Of a stretch of 17,963 nucleotides of DNA, positions 1 to 8,468 are shown piece by piece. How positions within the stretch are numbered: the first letter of the stretch is position 1; each line of letters begins with the position of its first letter. This DNA comes from Bdellovibrionales bacterium (GTDB taxonomy: Bacteria > Bdellovibrionota > Bdellovibrionia > Bdellovibrionales > UBA840): assembly GCA_037969075.1 (NCBI GenBank), contig JBBKWS010000082.1:1-17963 (forward strand). The letters are read 5' to 3'. The notes under the pieces are model-generated. The model saw nothing but the letters and a program-made list of their open reading frames with translations, did no database searches and was not told where the DNA came from. Made by a program: the position numbers and the translations under genes.

Positions 1-303
1 AGATGGATAAAAACTGAAAAAGAAAAAATTCTTGTGATCAGCGAAGCATTCTACTTTAATTTTTCTAACGGTAAAAAAGCAGTTACCAAAAGCCAAGATA
101 ATTTTTGTACAACTACAACTTATACCGATGTAAGCCCAACTGAAATCAGAGTTAAAAGCGAAGAGAAGTGTAAAAAAGAGTCTACAAAAACTAGGGCCTA
201 TACACTTAGCTATGCTGATCCCACTCACTTATTTTATTCAGGCACAGTCACTCAAAGTAAAAAAAATACCCTGACAGCTCACTGTGAGTGGAAACAAAAA
301 TAA
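1..303 (+). CDS. Hypothetical protein, 5'-truncated by the window edge
   Basis: Frame 1 is open from base 1 (RWIKTEKEKILVISEAFYF...) to TAA at 301-303, so the GTG at 34 is probably internal. No family recognised. Confidence 0.65.
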   Translation, partial: RWIKTEKEKILVISEAFYFNFSNGKKAVTKSQDNFCTTTTYTDVSPTEIRVKSEEKCKKESTKTRAYTLSYADPTHLFYSGTVTQSKKNTLTAHCEWKQK

Positions 304-722
304 GTCGTAGAATAAAAATATACTGTCTAGATACTTAGGTTCGATCACCACACACCACATATTTATTAAGTAAATCAAAGCCCTTAGGTTATATCTGGTA
401 TTTAACATGAGAAGAATACACACATTAGTTGACTGACACACCTCCTGCTTTTTAAGTGCATAGATTTTTTAATAAACAAGTTAACTATTAGTAAGTTGAG
501 AGCAATTTATGATTCATACAAAAACTCGTATTATCTTTATTTATCTAACGGAACTAAAACAGCCATTAGACGTGATAGACAATACATATATGAAGCCGTA
601 CTAAATAACCGAGATCAAACAGAAGCTATTTGCTATTACTATATTAAAAATTATTAATACATCTTATACGAGCTGCAGTTCTTTGATGCTCAGTCGCTTC
701 CTAGAACTGTGGTATTATTTAA

Positions 723-1544
723 TTAAAAAGTCATAGTATATACGATTTCACCACCACGATTCTCAGTGGGAATTACAAGCACACTATGCTGTGCCCCTCT
801 TGTGTCTTCTCTAGCTTTTTTGTATAAATTTGAAATCCCTATGCCATAAGTGGCTCCTAAGATCGCACCAAACACAACATCATGCAGATAGTGCTTGTTA
901 TCATTCATACGACTCCAGCCAGTAAATGTAGCAAGTGCATACGCTGGTGCTCCCCACGCCCATCCATGGTGCTGTTGTACCACGCTTGCAAACGTAAATG
1001 CCGATGTTGTATGCCCTGAAGGAAATGACGTCTTACTTCTTTTAACATTTGGCTTATCAGGAACACTTGGCCTTGGCTCTTGTACAACGTTTTTCAATAT
1101 CTGCGCGGTCAAACCAGAAAAGGCGGTGGCCCAAAACATCGATTTTGCATTGTCATAATAAGTAGGATCAGAATAGTAGCCTGCCAAGCCAAATGCGCCT
1201 GCATAAGCCACATTGATATACATCCTACCCGCAAAATCCCCATACTTAGAGTTTTGACGTAAAGAATTATTAACCGCAATCTCCCCTTGGTTATGATTAA
1301 CAGTGTCTTCTCTATATAGCCTTAAACCAATCAGTAGCGGCGCAGAATAGAGCCAAACTTTTAAAGCAGGCTTTTTATAGGGGCTAATCGCAAGATCCAA
1401 ATAGCTGGGTGTCTTTAAAGCCGCAGCCTCGATTTTCTTTTGTGTGTCTTCAGCTGTGTCTTTATTTTCATCCGCTAGAGCTGAGGCTAAAAAGATAAAA
1501 CTGATAAAATAAGGAAGCACTTTAAGAAATCGAAGACGAATCAT
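723..1544 (-). CDS. PAP2-family (type 2 phosphatidic acid phosphatase superfamily) membrane phosphatase
   Basis: All three PAP2 motifs are present: C1 KNVVQEPRP (K-x6-RP), C2 PSGH, C3 SRMNDNKHYLHD (SR-x5-H-x3-D). N-terminal signal peptide ending ALA. Confidence 0.92.
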   Translation of the reverse strand: MIRLRFLKVLPYFISFIFLASALADENKDTAEDTQKKIEAAALKTPSYLDLAISPYKKPALKVWLYSAPLLIGLRLYREDTVNHNQGEIAVNNSLRQNSKYGDFAGRMYINVAYAGAFGLAGYYSDPTYYDNAKSMFWATAFSGLTAQILKNVVQEPRPSVPDKPNVKRSKTSFPSGHTTSAFTFASVVQQHHGWAWGAPAYALATFTGWSRMNDNKHYLHDVVFGAILGATYGIGISNLYKKAREDTRGAQHSVLVIPTENRGGEIVYTMTF

Positions 1545-1606
1545 GGTGAGCTCTCTTTACAATAAATTTAAATTGCAATCCAATAAAACAAGCCTAGGAT
1601 TATAAT

Positions 1607-2521
1607 ATGAAACTGTCGAGATGTTTGTTTATACCCCTACTACTATTTTCTAAATTAGCTTTTACAGAAAATAGTGAGCGAATCAAACCCTTAGACGTAA
1701 TCACTGAAATTCCTAATAGCGCATTATTATCATTAGATATGGCATTTTCAAAAGAAAGTGTGCCTTATTGGCTAGCCATTGGTGGTTCCACCGTAGTCTT
1801 ATACAAATACGACGAAGAGTTATTAGCCGAATCTAAACGCTTGGGTAGAAAATGGGATATCCCAGAAGACGATCATACCGAAACTAAATTAAAATTTGCA
1901 GGACAAGATATTTTTCGTCTCCCCAAAGACAGAGGAGCTGTTCTATATTTTTTAGGTGACGGTTGGACCCACACTGCAATCGCCGGTGGCTTTTTAGCAA
2001 CGGGATATCTATCTGAAGATAACCGCGCTATCAATACAGGCTATCAAATTTTTCATGGAATGTTTGTATCCACTATTTTTAACCAAGCACTTAAAAGATC
2101 TTTTGGCCGTGAAAGCCCAAAACAAAGCTCTGAGCCGAGAGGCAGATGGCGCCCCTTTCCGAACCCTAAAAAATACAGTGCGAACACCGAAAAATACGAT
2201 GCCATGCCAAGCGGTCACATCATGACAGCAACAATGACCTTTACGGTTATCGCTGGCAACTATCCCGAGTACCAATATCTGATTTACCCCATTCAAGGTA
2301 TTTGGAGTTTGGCTCTAGCCTTTCAGATGATGAATAATGGTGTGCATTGGGCCAGTGATTACCCCCTAGGAATTGCTATGGGATTTTTGTACGGCCACAC
2401 CGCTCTGCAATTAGGTAAAAAACCAAAGACCGATGAAGACATAGAACATCACGCTAGCATTACTTACTTTCCAAGTATTACCGAGCAGGGGCCATTACTA
2501 AATGCGGTATATTATTTTTAA
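1607..2521 (+). CDS. PAP2-family protein with altered C1 and C3 motifs
   Basis: C1-like KRSFGRESP, C2 PSGH, C3-like QMMNNGVHWASD. Hydrophobic helices, signal-peptide-like N-terminus, AGGA 7 nt upstream of the ATG. Confidence 0.88.
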   Translation: MKLSRCLFIPLLLFSKLAFTENSERIKPLDVITEIPNSALLSLDMAFSKESVPYWLAIGGSTVVLYKYDEELLAESKRLGRKWDIPEDDHTETKLKFAGQDIFRLPKDRGAVLYFLGDGWTHTAIAGGFLATGYLSEDNRAINTGYQIFHGMFVSTIFNQALKRSFGRESPKQSSEPRGRWRPFPNPKKYSANTEKYDAMPSGHIMTATMTFTVIAGNYPEYQYLIYPIQGIWSLALAFQMMNNGVHWASDYPLGIAMGFLYGHTALQLGKKPKTDEDIEHHASITYFPSITEQGPLLNAVYYF

Positions 2522-2571
2522 TTAATGAGCGACCCGGCACATAGGTTACATTATTTTGCATCAAAGCAATC

Positions 2572-3327
2572 TTATAAAATTTCAATTTCATACTTTAGCG
2601 TAAGAGCTTTTTCAAAATTTATAGAATTATTATTCCAAAAATAAAACTCAAAGATATTCTTCTCATCTCCATCCTCAAAAAACCATTGGTAATTTAGGTC
2701 AGATTTAGATTCAGTAATTTTAAGAGACCAAAACGGCACCTCGCCCTGCTTAAACGTAACTCGGTACGTCTGATTGGTGGTTAGACTTTTGACAAATCCA
2801 ACGCAACCGTTTGCACTTTCACATCTCTGCTTAGGTAAAAAGTGGACCGTTCCACCATTCGTGTGCAAAAAAATTAAATTCTTATCCGGGTATGGCACCT
2901 TAAATCGTAAGAGATTTTCTTTTGTAGGTGCGGCTTGAGAGATTTCGCTCGCAGATTCAGCTGGCTCTGTATCTTCAATTTTTGGTTCAATAGAATTATC
3001 ATTTGGCTTATCTTTGACTTCTTGATTATCAGTAAGATCTTTACTGTTCCTGGCTTGCAGTTCAGACTGTAGAGAGGACCACTCGACTTCAATCTTAGCT
3101 AGCTTAATAATGTCCTTAAATAACCCAAATCCTCTGTATTGAAACTCGATGATTTTATCTTCGCTGACAATTTGGCAAAACCCGTTACATACTAAAATGT
3201 CGTTGTCCTCTATCGATAAAACTTGATTGTGCGAAATACCTTTTTTAACAACAATGCCATTTTTAATATGAATGTCTGCCATACAAAATGATGTTAGTAT
3301 TTTAAGGATTAAAAATAGATACGTCAT
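2572..3327 (-). CDS. Exported hypothetical protein, last gene of the motor-like operon
   Basis: The preferred start is ATG 3327, which overlaps the upstream TGA (ATGA overlap at 3324-3327) and gives the signal-like MTYLFLILKILTSFCMA. Beta-rich N-domain (weakly FecR-like), acidic linker, beta-rich C-domain. Confidence 0.75.
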   Translation of the reverse strand: MTYLFLILKILTSFCMADIHIKNGIVVKKGISHNQVLSIEDNDILVCNGFCQIVSEDKIIEFQYRGFGLFKDIIKLAKIEVEWSSLQSELQARNSKDLTDNQEVKDKPNDNSIEPKIEDTEPAESASEISQAAPTKENLLRFKVPYPDKNLIFLHTNGGTVHFLPKQRCESANGCVGFVKSLTTNQTYRVTFKQGEVPFWSLKITESKSDLNYQWFFEDGDEKNIFEFYFWNNNSINFEKALTLKYEIEIL

Positions 3328-4457
3328 GCAATATGTTTCCACTGACTAACTACCGCACAGTTTCTTCCTCTTTTTTTGGCTTCATACAAGTTTTTATCAG
3401 CAGTCTCTACATATATAGTGTAAGTAGGGTCCGCAGCATCACTACCAGAGATAGCGACTACGCCAAAGCTCGCAGTAACTGAAAGTGTCTTACCTGGCTC
3501 TGCCAAATGTGGGACTTTAGTAGTTTCTAGCGCTGACCTTAACTTTTCTGCAGCTATTTTTAACCCTTCGATATCAGTTCTTGGTAAAACCACTACAAAC
3601 TCTTCCCCACCATACCTGGCAACTACGTCTGTATTTCTGGCAAGAGCCCTTAGTGTTTTTGCTACACCTCGTAAAACTTCATCGCCCTGTTGGTGTCCAT
3701 AGGTATCATTGAATTTTTTAAAATGATCCACATCTAATAAGATCAATCCGCAGATATCATTATGTCTCTTTGCCAAATTTAATTCGCGTTGAAAACTCTC
3801 TTTAAAAAATCTATGATTCTTTAACCCTGTCATTCCATCAGTGGTAGCAAGCTCAGTGTACTTCTCAAGGGCCTGATCTTTTATCTCTAAGTCTTTAGTC
3901 AACTTACCAAGTGATCTATAAATCATCCCAAGCTCATCATTGGCAGTATAACTTAAATTCATATCAAGTCGGCCTGCTAATATGTCTTCAGTGGCTCTTC
4001 TTAGTCGTTTTAATGGGGTAAGAGCAAAGCTTAAGTAAATATAAGAAAATATTCCTAATAGAATTGATAAAGATAAGAATATTAATAATAAATTAGTATT
4101 TATACTTTCTAGCCAAGCTAAAAAGCTTACTTCACTAATTTCAACACTAAACGTATTGTCAGAGTACTTTCTGACCATAAACAACGTCTGCTTTTTTCCA
4201 TTGTCTTTAATAAAACCCATAGAATTAATATTTGACCCAAGCCAATTTTGCAGTTCAGGCTCAGGCAGTTCTAACTTTTTTAAATCATCTTTAGTTTGGC
4301 GGTATAGCGTTTGATGATCTGTCATCATTTGAGAGATAAAACCTAAATAATGATCTTTTGACAATACATAGCTTGATAGGTAGCCAATAGATACTAGCGC
4401 TAAGGACATAAGCGCCGATAATATTAAAAATTTAATTTTCAGGCTTAGGCTCTGCAT
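3324..4457 (-). CDS. Membrane-bound HAMP-GGDEF diguanylate cyclase
   Basis: Two TM segments flank a ~90-aa periplasmic region. HAMP (PLKRL...DELG), TDGMTGLKN, LDVDHFKKFNDTYGHQQGD, active site GGEEF, and I-site RNTD five residues upstream. Confidence 0.95.
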   Translation of the reverse strand: MQSLSLKIKFLILSALMSLALVSIGYLSSYVLSKDHYLGFISQMMTDHQTLYRQTKDDLKKLELPEPELQNWLGSNINSMGFIKDNGKKQTLFMVRKYSDNTFSVEISEVSFLAWLESINTNLLLIFLSLSILLGIFSYIYLSFALTPLKRLRRATEDILAGRLDMNLSYTANDELGMIYRSLGKLTKDLEIKDQALEKYTELATTDGMTGLKNHRFFKESFQRELNLAKRHNDICGLILLDVDHFKKFNDTYGHQQGDEVLRGVAKTLRALARNTDVVARYGGEEFVVVLPRTDIEGLKIAAEKLRSALETTKVPHLAEPGKTLSVTASFGVVAISGSDAADPTYTIYVETADKNLYEAKKRGRNCAVVSQWKHIA

Positions 4458-4467
4458 TTTTTTACCT

Positions 4468-5196
4468 TTAATCGAAATTAGGAATAATTTTAATAACCAC
4501 TCTTCTGTTTTGCGATTGATTGTCTGTGATTGGCGTACCTTGGCTGTTTCGATTAGGTAAGATGGGCCTTGTGTCTGCCATACCTATTGCCTTCAGTTTT
4601 TGAGGATCAAAGCCTTTATCTAAAAAAAATCGTAAGACTGAGCTTGCCCGCAAGCTTGACAGCTCCCAGTTAGAAGCAATTACACCTGCATTGATTGGAC
4701 TATCATCTGTATGTCCTTCGATTAATAACTCGTATTCTTTTGCTTTACTTGAAATGATAGGCTGTAATTTTAAAAGCAGATCTAAAGCCTCAGGTTTCAT
4801 CGCAACAGAGGCCGAGTCAAAAAACAATGCCCCTCTAAACGTAATGTTAACTCCGGTTGCACTTTTTTCTACAATCACCTGATTCTCTAGACCCTTTTCT
4901 GAAATGGCTTTATCAAGGTTTTTTGATAATTCAGAAAAAGGAATTTGGTACTCTCCGCCAAATACTTTAGATGTCTCTTGTTTTACTTTTTCAAAAACCT
5001 CAGCATCTATTTTTGAAAAACTAAGAAGCATTACAAAGAAGCCCACAAGTAAGGTCATCATATCTGCATACGATATAAGCCAGTTGCCCTCACCCTCATC
5101 TACATGAGATGGCGACTCTGCTTCTTCAAAAAAATAAACAGCTGGCTTAGCCGCAGCCTTTATTTCTTCGTCCTTTAGTCTTTCTGCAGCTGACAT
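4468..5196 (-). CDS. motB: Stator B subunit, MotB/PomB family with OmpA-like peptidoglycan-binding domain
   Basis: WLISYADMMTLLVGFFVML carries the conserved ion-binding Asp (D45). Also IEGHTD, SNWELSSLRA and NRRV motifs. Confidence 0.95.
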   Translation of the reverse strand: MSAAERLKDEEIKAAAKPAVYFFEEAESPSHVDEGEGNWLISYADMMTLLVGFFVMLLSFSKIDAEVFEKVKQETSKVFGGEYQIPFSELSKNLDKAISEKGLENQVIVEKSATGVNITFRGALFFDSASVAMKPEALDLLLKLQPIISSKAKEYELLIEGHTDDSPINAGVIASNWELSSLRASSVLRFFLDKGFDPQKLKAIGMADTRPILPNRNSQGTPITDNQSQNRRVVIKIIPNFD

Positions 5197-5198
5197 AA

Positions 5199-5984
5199 TT
5201 AAGCAACCTTTTTAAGCTTGTTTCTTTCAAACGGTAGTAAATAACTCTTTAAAAACTCTTCAACAATCAGTGGGTGTTCTTTTTCTCTTAAAAGTTTAAT
5301 TCCTACAATGACCATTTTACGTGAAACCTGATCTTCTTTATTTAGCTTGATTAAATTTTCTCCCATAGGGATAAATACAAGGTTTGCGATTGCAATACCG
5401 TATAGAGTTGCCACTAACCCGATAGCCATCGCAGGGCCTAAGAGCTTAAATGAATCAGGTGACCCTATGTTTTGCAAAAGGGCGATCATACCAAGAGTAG
5501 TCCCTAACAAACCAAAAGCTGGAGGAAATTTACCCATTACCTTAAAAATATTTGCTTCATCCTCATATCTCTTAAAATGTGTTGCAGCTCTTTGTTGTAA
5601 AATGGCATCCATTTTATCTTCTGGTATCCCACCTTCAACCATGAGTTCTATAGCCTCTTTTAAAAATGGAAATTTGATAGCGTTAACACTATTTTTTAAG
5701 AACTGACTGTCTTCTCTATAGCCTTTTGATAAGATAACTATTTCTTCAATCAATGAAGAGTGAGTTCCGGCAAATTTACCTAAGATTTTTTTAAAAAACA
5801 CTGTAAACAAGGTTCTGATAGTCGAAAAAGGAAAACATATTAGTGTTGCAGCCATCGTTCCACCAATAACTATTGCTATTGCGTGTGGATCTAAAAATAT
5901 TTTCCAGTTGGATGTAGCTGATATGGTACCATAACCTAGTACTGCAATAGCTGTGAGTAATCCAATAATTGCTGTAAAATTCAT
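5199..5984 (-). CDS. motA: Stator A subunit, MotA/PomA family
   Basis: IVIGGT, PAFGLLGT, VATLYG, NLVFIP and a C-terminal HP motif. Its stop lies 2 nt before the motB start. Confidence 0.95.
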   Translation of the reverse strand: MNFTAIIGLLTAIAVLGYGTISATSNWKIFLDPHAIAIVIGGTMAATLICFPFSTIRTLFTVFFKKILGKFAGTHSSLIEEIVILSKGYREDSQFLKNSVNAIKFPFLKEAIELMVEGGIPEDKMDAILQQRAATHFKRYEDEANIFKVMGKFPPAFGLLGTTLGMIALLQNIGSPDSFKLLGPAMAIGLVATLYGIAIANLVFIPMGENLIKLNKEDQVSRKMVIVGIKLLREKEHPLIVEEFLKSYLLPFERNKLKKVA

Positions 5985-6013
5985 ACGTTTATCCTTTTAG
6001 CGTAATCATACAA

Positions 6014-6595
6014 TCATAAAAAATAATAAAGTCCAAAAAAAATATGCACCATTCGTAGTCTACCATCGCCAACGATACCCTCTGCCCAATTTAGTTCTGA
6101 GCGCCAGCCCCAAGGACCAAAAAGAGGAGATTCAAAACCGGCCTTGCCAGACACATAGGCCTTGGCAACAGATACATCTCTTCCATTTTCTGTGAGTCTT
6201 GGTAGACTGGATTGAGCAAAACCAACGGACGCACCTAGATAAGGAATGTAACCTTTTTGTAGTATTACAGTTTCTTCAATTTGATCTGACGGATTTTTTA
6301 AATCTTGCGCATGCGGTGTCCATAAATACCATCTCGCAGCAAAGCCAGTGGCCCCAATATTACTTTTGGTACCCTTCCAACTTCTATTGTGCTCAAAGCC
6401 AATGGTAAACCTAGAGCTCATCGAGTACTCAGTAGAAAATCCTAATGCCAATGGCTCTTCTGTTTTAACTACACCTTCATTCTCGGCACCTGCTGAACCA
6501 ATCCCAAGGCTACCCACAAAGCGTATGTTGCTAGACTCCGCTAGCGCACCAAAACAAAAGAAAAGAATCGATGCGATCATACTAAGAGGCCACAC
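6014..6595 (-). CDS. Small outer-membrane beta-barrel protein (probably 8-stranded)
   Basis: GTG start with a strong SD (GAGGAGG, 6602-6608 on minus). Signal peptide ending ALA. Alternating amphipathic strands (PYLGASVGFAQ, YVSGKAGFE, WGWRSELNW) and C-terminal HIFFGLYYFL. Confidence 0.8.
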   Translation of the reverse strand: MWPLSMIASILFFCFGALAESSNIRFVGSLGIGSAGAENEGVVKTEEPLALGFSTEYSMSSRFTIGFEHNRSWKGTKSNIGATGFAARWYLWTPHAQDLKNPSDQIEETVILQKGYIPYLGASVGFAQSSLPRLTENGRDVSVAKAYVSGKAGFESPLFGPWGWRSELNWAEGIVGDGRLRMVHIFFGLYYFL

Positions 6596-8468
6596 GTACC
6601 GCCTCCTCAGTGTTATTACTTACAGTAAAGATCGAATCTAAATCTACTTCGCCTTTATTTACCATTTTAAGTAGCTTTAATTTAAGTGAACTTAAATGTT
6701 TATTTTTAGTCTTAATATCCATCTTATCTTCAAGATTAAAATCATCATTAACGATGGTTTTTATTCTAGATGGGCATAAATTTAAAATTTGATCTTTTTT
6801 GTCAGCATATACTTTTACCAAAGACATAACTTCATCGTTAGTGGCTTGCGTAAATAAGTTTCTGGCTTTTTCTTCTGGCCACTCATGGATAAAAGCAAGA
6901 GATGGAATGTTTTTCTTTAAAGATATGCCACCATCTGAAATTTTGGGGACGATATCTTTTAATAAAAGAAGTTCATCTAATACAGAGATAGAGGCAAACA
7001 GTCTTGGTACCAATGATTGCATGGAAACAGTATCTTGAGTATTAACTTTCTTTTTTACTTCAAACTTTAGTGTTTCACTAGCAGTTTCAATATCGGTAAC
7101 CAAAACCGCATTCATATTTAGAGCATTTTCGATAATTTCTTTCTTTTGCTCAAAAGTAGCTTTTTCTAAATATTCTTCTTGTTTTGCTTCTGGTAAATGA
7201 AGTACGGCAAGCGCTCGCATCTGACCAGATTGGCCCTCAAGCATGGCTTGAATGTCTTTTGTTGGTACCTTAGATATATAGTCAAATGGTTGCTGTAAAT
7301 ACGAAGCACCTAGAGCCTTTAGCGATAGTAGGTCCCAATAGACTTCTTCTAAAATTTTAAGCCTATCCTCAAATGAGGAATCTGCCATTTTGTCAAACGT
7401 ACTGCGCATGCTTTTCTTTACAGAATCTGGGATAATGTCATTAAAATTTAAAATGCTTTCAATTTTATTACTTTCTTTTAATCTATCATTTTGAGAGGCA
7501 ACAACGTCTAATAAACAGGCGGCCTTTACATAACCCCTATCGCCTGCATCAAGCCAAACGCTCATAATATCTTTTATGTTCTTTGTGTTTTGATTTACGG
7601 TCCAAACCACTTTACTATGTACATCTTTCAGCATGTCTAGCTCAAATTGTCCTAAGCTCCGCTGAGGAATTAGCTTTTGTTCGTCCTCTTCAACTATGTC
7701 TATTACTGGCTCAGCAGGCCTTTCCATCTGTAACTCATTATGCTGTTGTTGAAGCCGAGCTCTTAAACTACGCTCTTCAGTAGCATCTTTTGAGCTCATT
7801 CTTTTTATCAAAAAAATACTAACCAGTACTGTAAAAAATAACAGTAGAGCTGCAATCAAAGTTTGCAATTGAGAAATGTAGTCAAAAAATCCAGTTGGTA
7901 GTTTTGGTTCAATGGGTTTAGATTTTATTAAATTTACTTCAACATTTGTAGAAATACCAGAAAAGTCATTTTCCGTTGTTTTTTTAAGCCAATCTAAAAA
8001 TACTTTTGAGTACTCCTCACCGTATATCTCTTGCAGTCCAACTTGAATGTTTAGTGACTTTACTTTAAATTCTTTTTTATTATTAGTTTCTTGTAAAATT
8101 GTTTGCGTGATAATCTCTTGCCGAATCTTAAGATTATCTATTTCTTCTTCATAGCTTCTAATCAATCCTTCTGCATCAATTAGACCTGCCGTCAAGTCTA
8201 AGGCTCTAGGCTCAGAAGCTATTTTTCTTACAGGTGTGAATGGTTTATTAGTACTTACTTGTGTTAGCTCGGCTTGGACACTTACTTCAAATGTGTCTTT
8301 TTCTAATGTGGTACCGACGGTTGCCCTTAGGCGTTTATTGATAGCATCTTCTACTTGGGTTTTTGCATGAATTAAATCGGCATCACCCAGGGTTTGCGCA
8401 AAAGCAAACTTTGGCGCTATTAGCGCCGTACAAAGTATAAAAATGATAGTAGACAAAGCTAATTTCAT
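6582..8468 (-). CDS. FliF-FliG-like fusion protein (signal peptide, RBM3-like periplasmic domain, one TM helix, FliF C-tail, FliG N/M/C-like domains)
   Basis: Signal peptide ending AFA. RBM3-like INKRLRATV...FEVSVQAEL and KVKSLNIQV; TM at aa ~203-221; junction IMSVWLDAGDRGYVKAACLL; FliG_M-like PFDYI...RALAVLHLP; FliG_C-like CPSRIKTIVNDD and KGEVDL. The ORF itself is certain; the domain call is from remembered motifs. Confidence 0.8.
   Translation of the reverse strand: MKLALSTIIFILCTALIAPKFAFAQTLGDADLIHAKTQVEDAINKRLRATVGTTLEKDTFEVSVQAELTQVSTNKPFTPVRKIASEPRALDLTAGLIDAEGLIRSYEEEIDNLKIRQEIITQTILQETNNKKEFKVKSLNIQVGLQEIYGEEYSKVFLDWLKKTTENDFSGISTNVEVNLIKSKPIEPKLPTGFFDYISQLQTLIAALLLFFTVLVSIFLIKRMSSKDATEERSLRARLQQQHNELQMERPAEPVIDIVEEDEQKLIPQRSLGQFELDMLKDVHSKVVWTVNQNTKNIKDIMSVWLDAGDRGYVKAACLLDVVASQNDRLKESNKIESILNFNDIIPDSVKKSMRSTFDKMADSSFEDRLKILEEVYWDLLSLKALGASYLQQPFDYISKVPTKDIQAMLEGQSGQMRALAVLHLPEAKQEEYLEKATFEQKKEIIENALNMNAVLVTDIETASETLKFEVKKKVNTQDTVSMQSLVPRLFASISVLDELLLLKDIVPKISDGGISLKKNIPSLAFIHEWPEEKARNLFTQATNDEVMSLVKVYADKKDQILNLCPSRIKTIVNDDFNLEDKMDIKTKNKHLSSLKLKLLKMVNKGEVDLDSIFTVSNNTEEAVRVAS

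Noticed and set aside
238..441. 67-aa minus-strand ORF with nearby AGGAGGT
   Set aside because: The SD-like sequence overlaps the GTG instead of being spaced from it. The ORF overlaps the convergent gene and has no recognisable protein features.
676..709. CAGTTCT/AGAACTG inverted repeat downstream of the first PAP2 gene
   Set aside because: Short stem, 20-nt loop and no U-tract; not supportable as a terminator or attC site.
1573..1606. TTGCAA-N16-TAGGAT as a leaderless promoter for the second PAP2 gene
   Set aside because: The same bases are equally explained as an AGGA Shine-Dalgarno; the two cannot be distinguished from sequence alone.
4468..5984. ExbBD/TolQR/AglRQS or ZorAB identity for the stator pair
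   Set aside because: The B subunit has WxxxYAD plus an OmpA-like domain, unlike ExbD/TolR. The A subunit has MotA-type motifs and no long ZorA tail, and no zorC/D/E genes are present.
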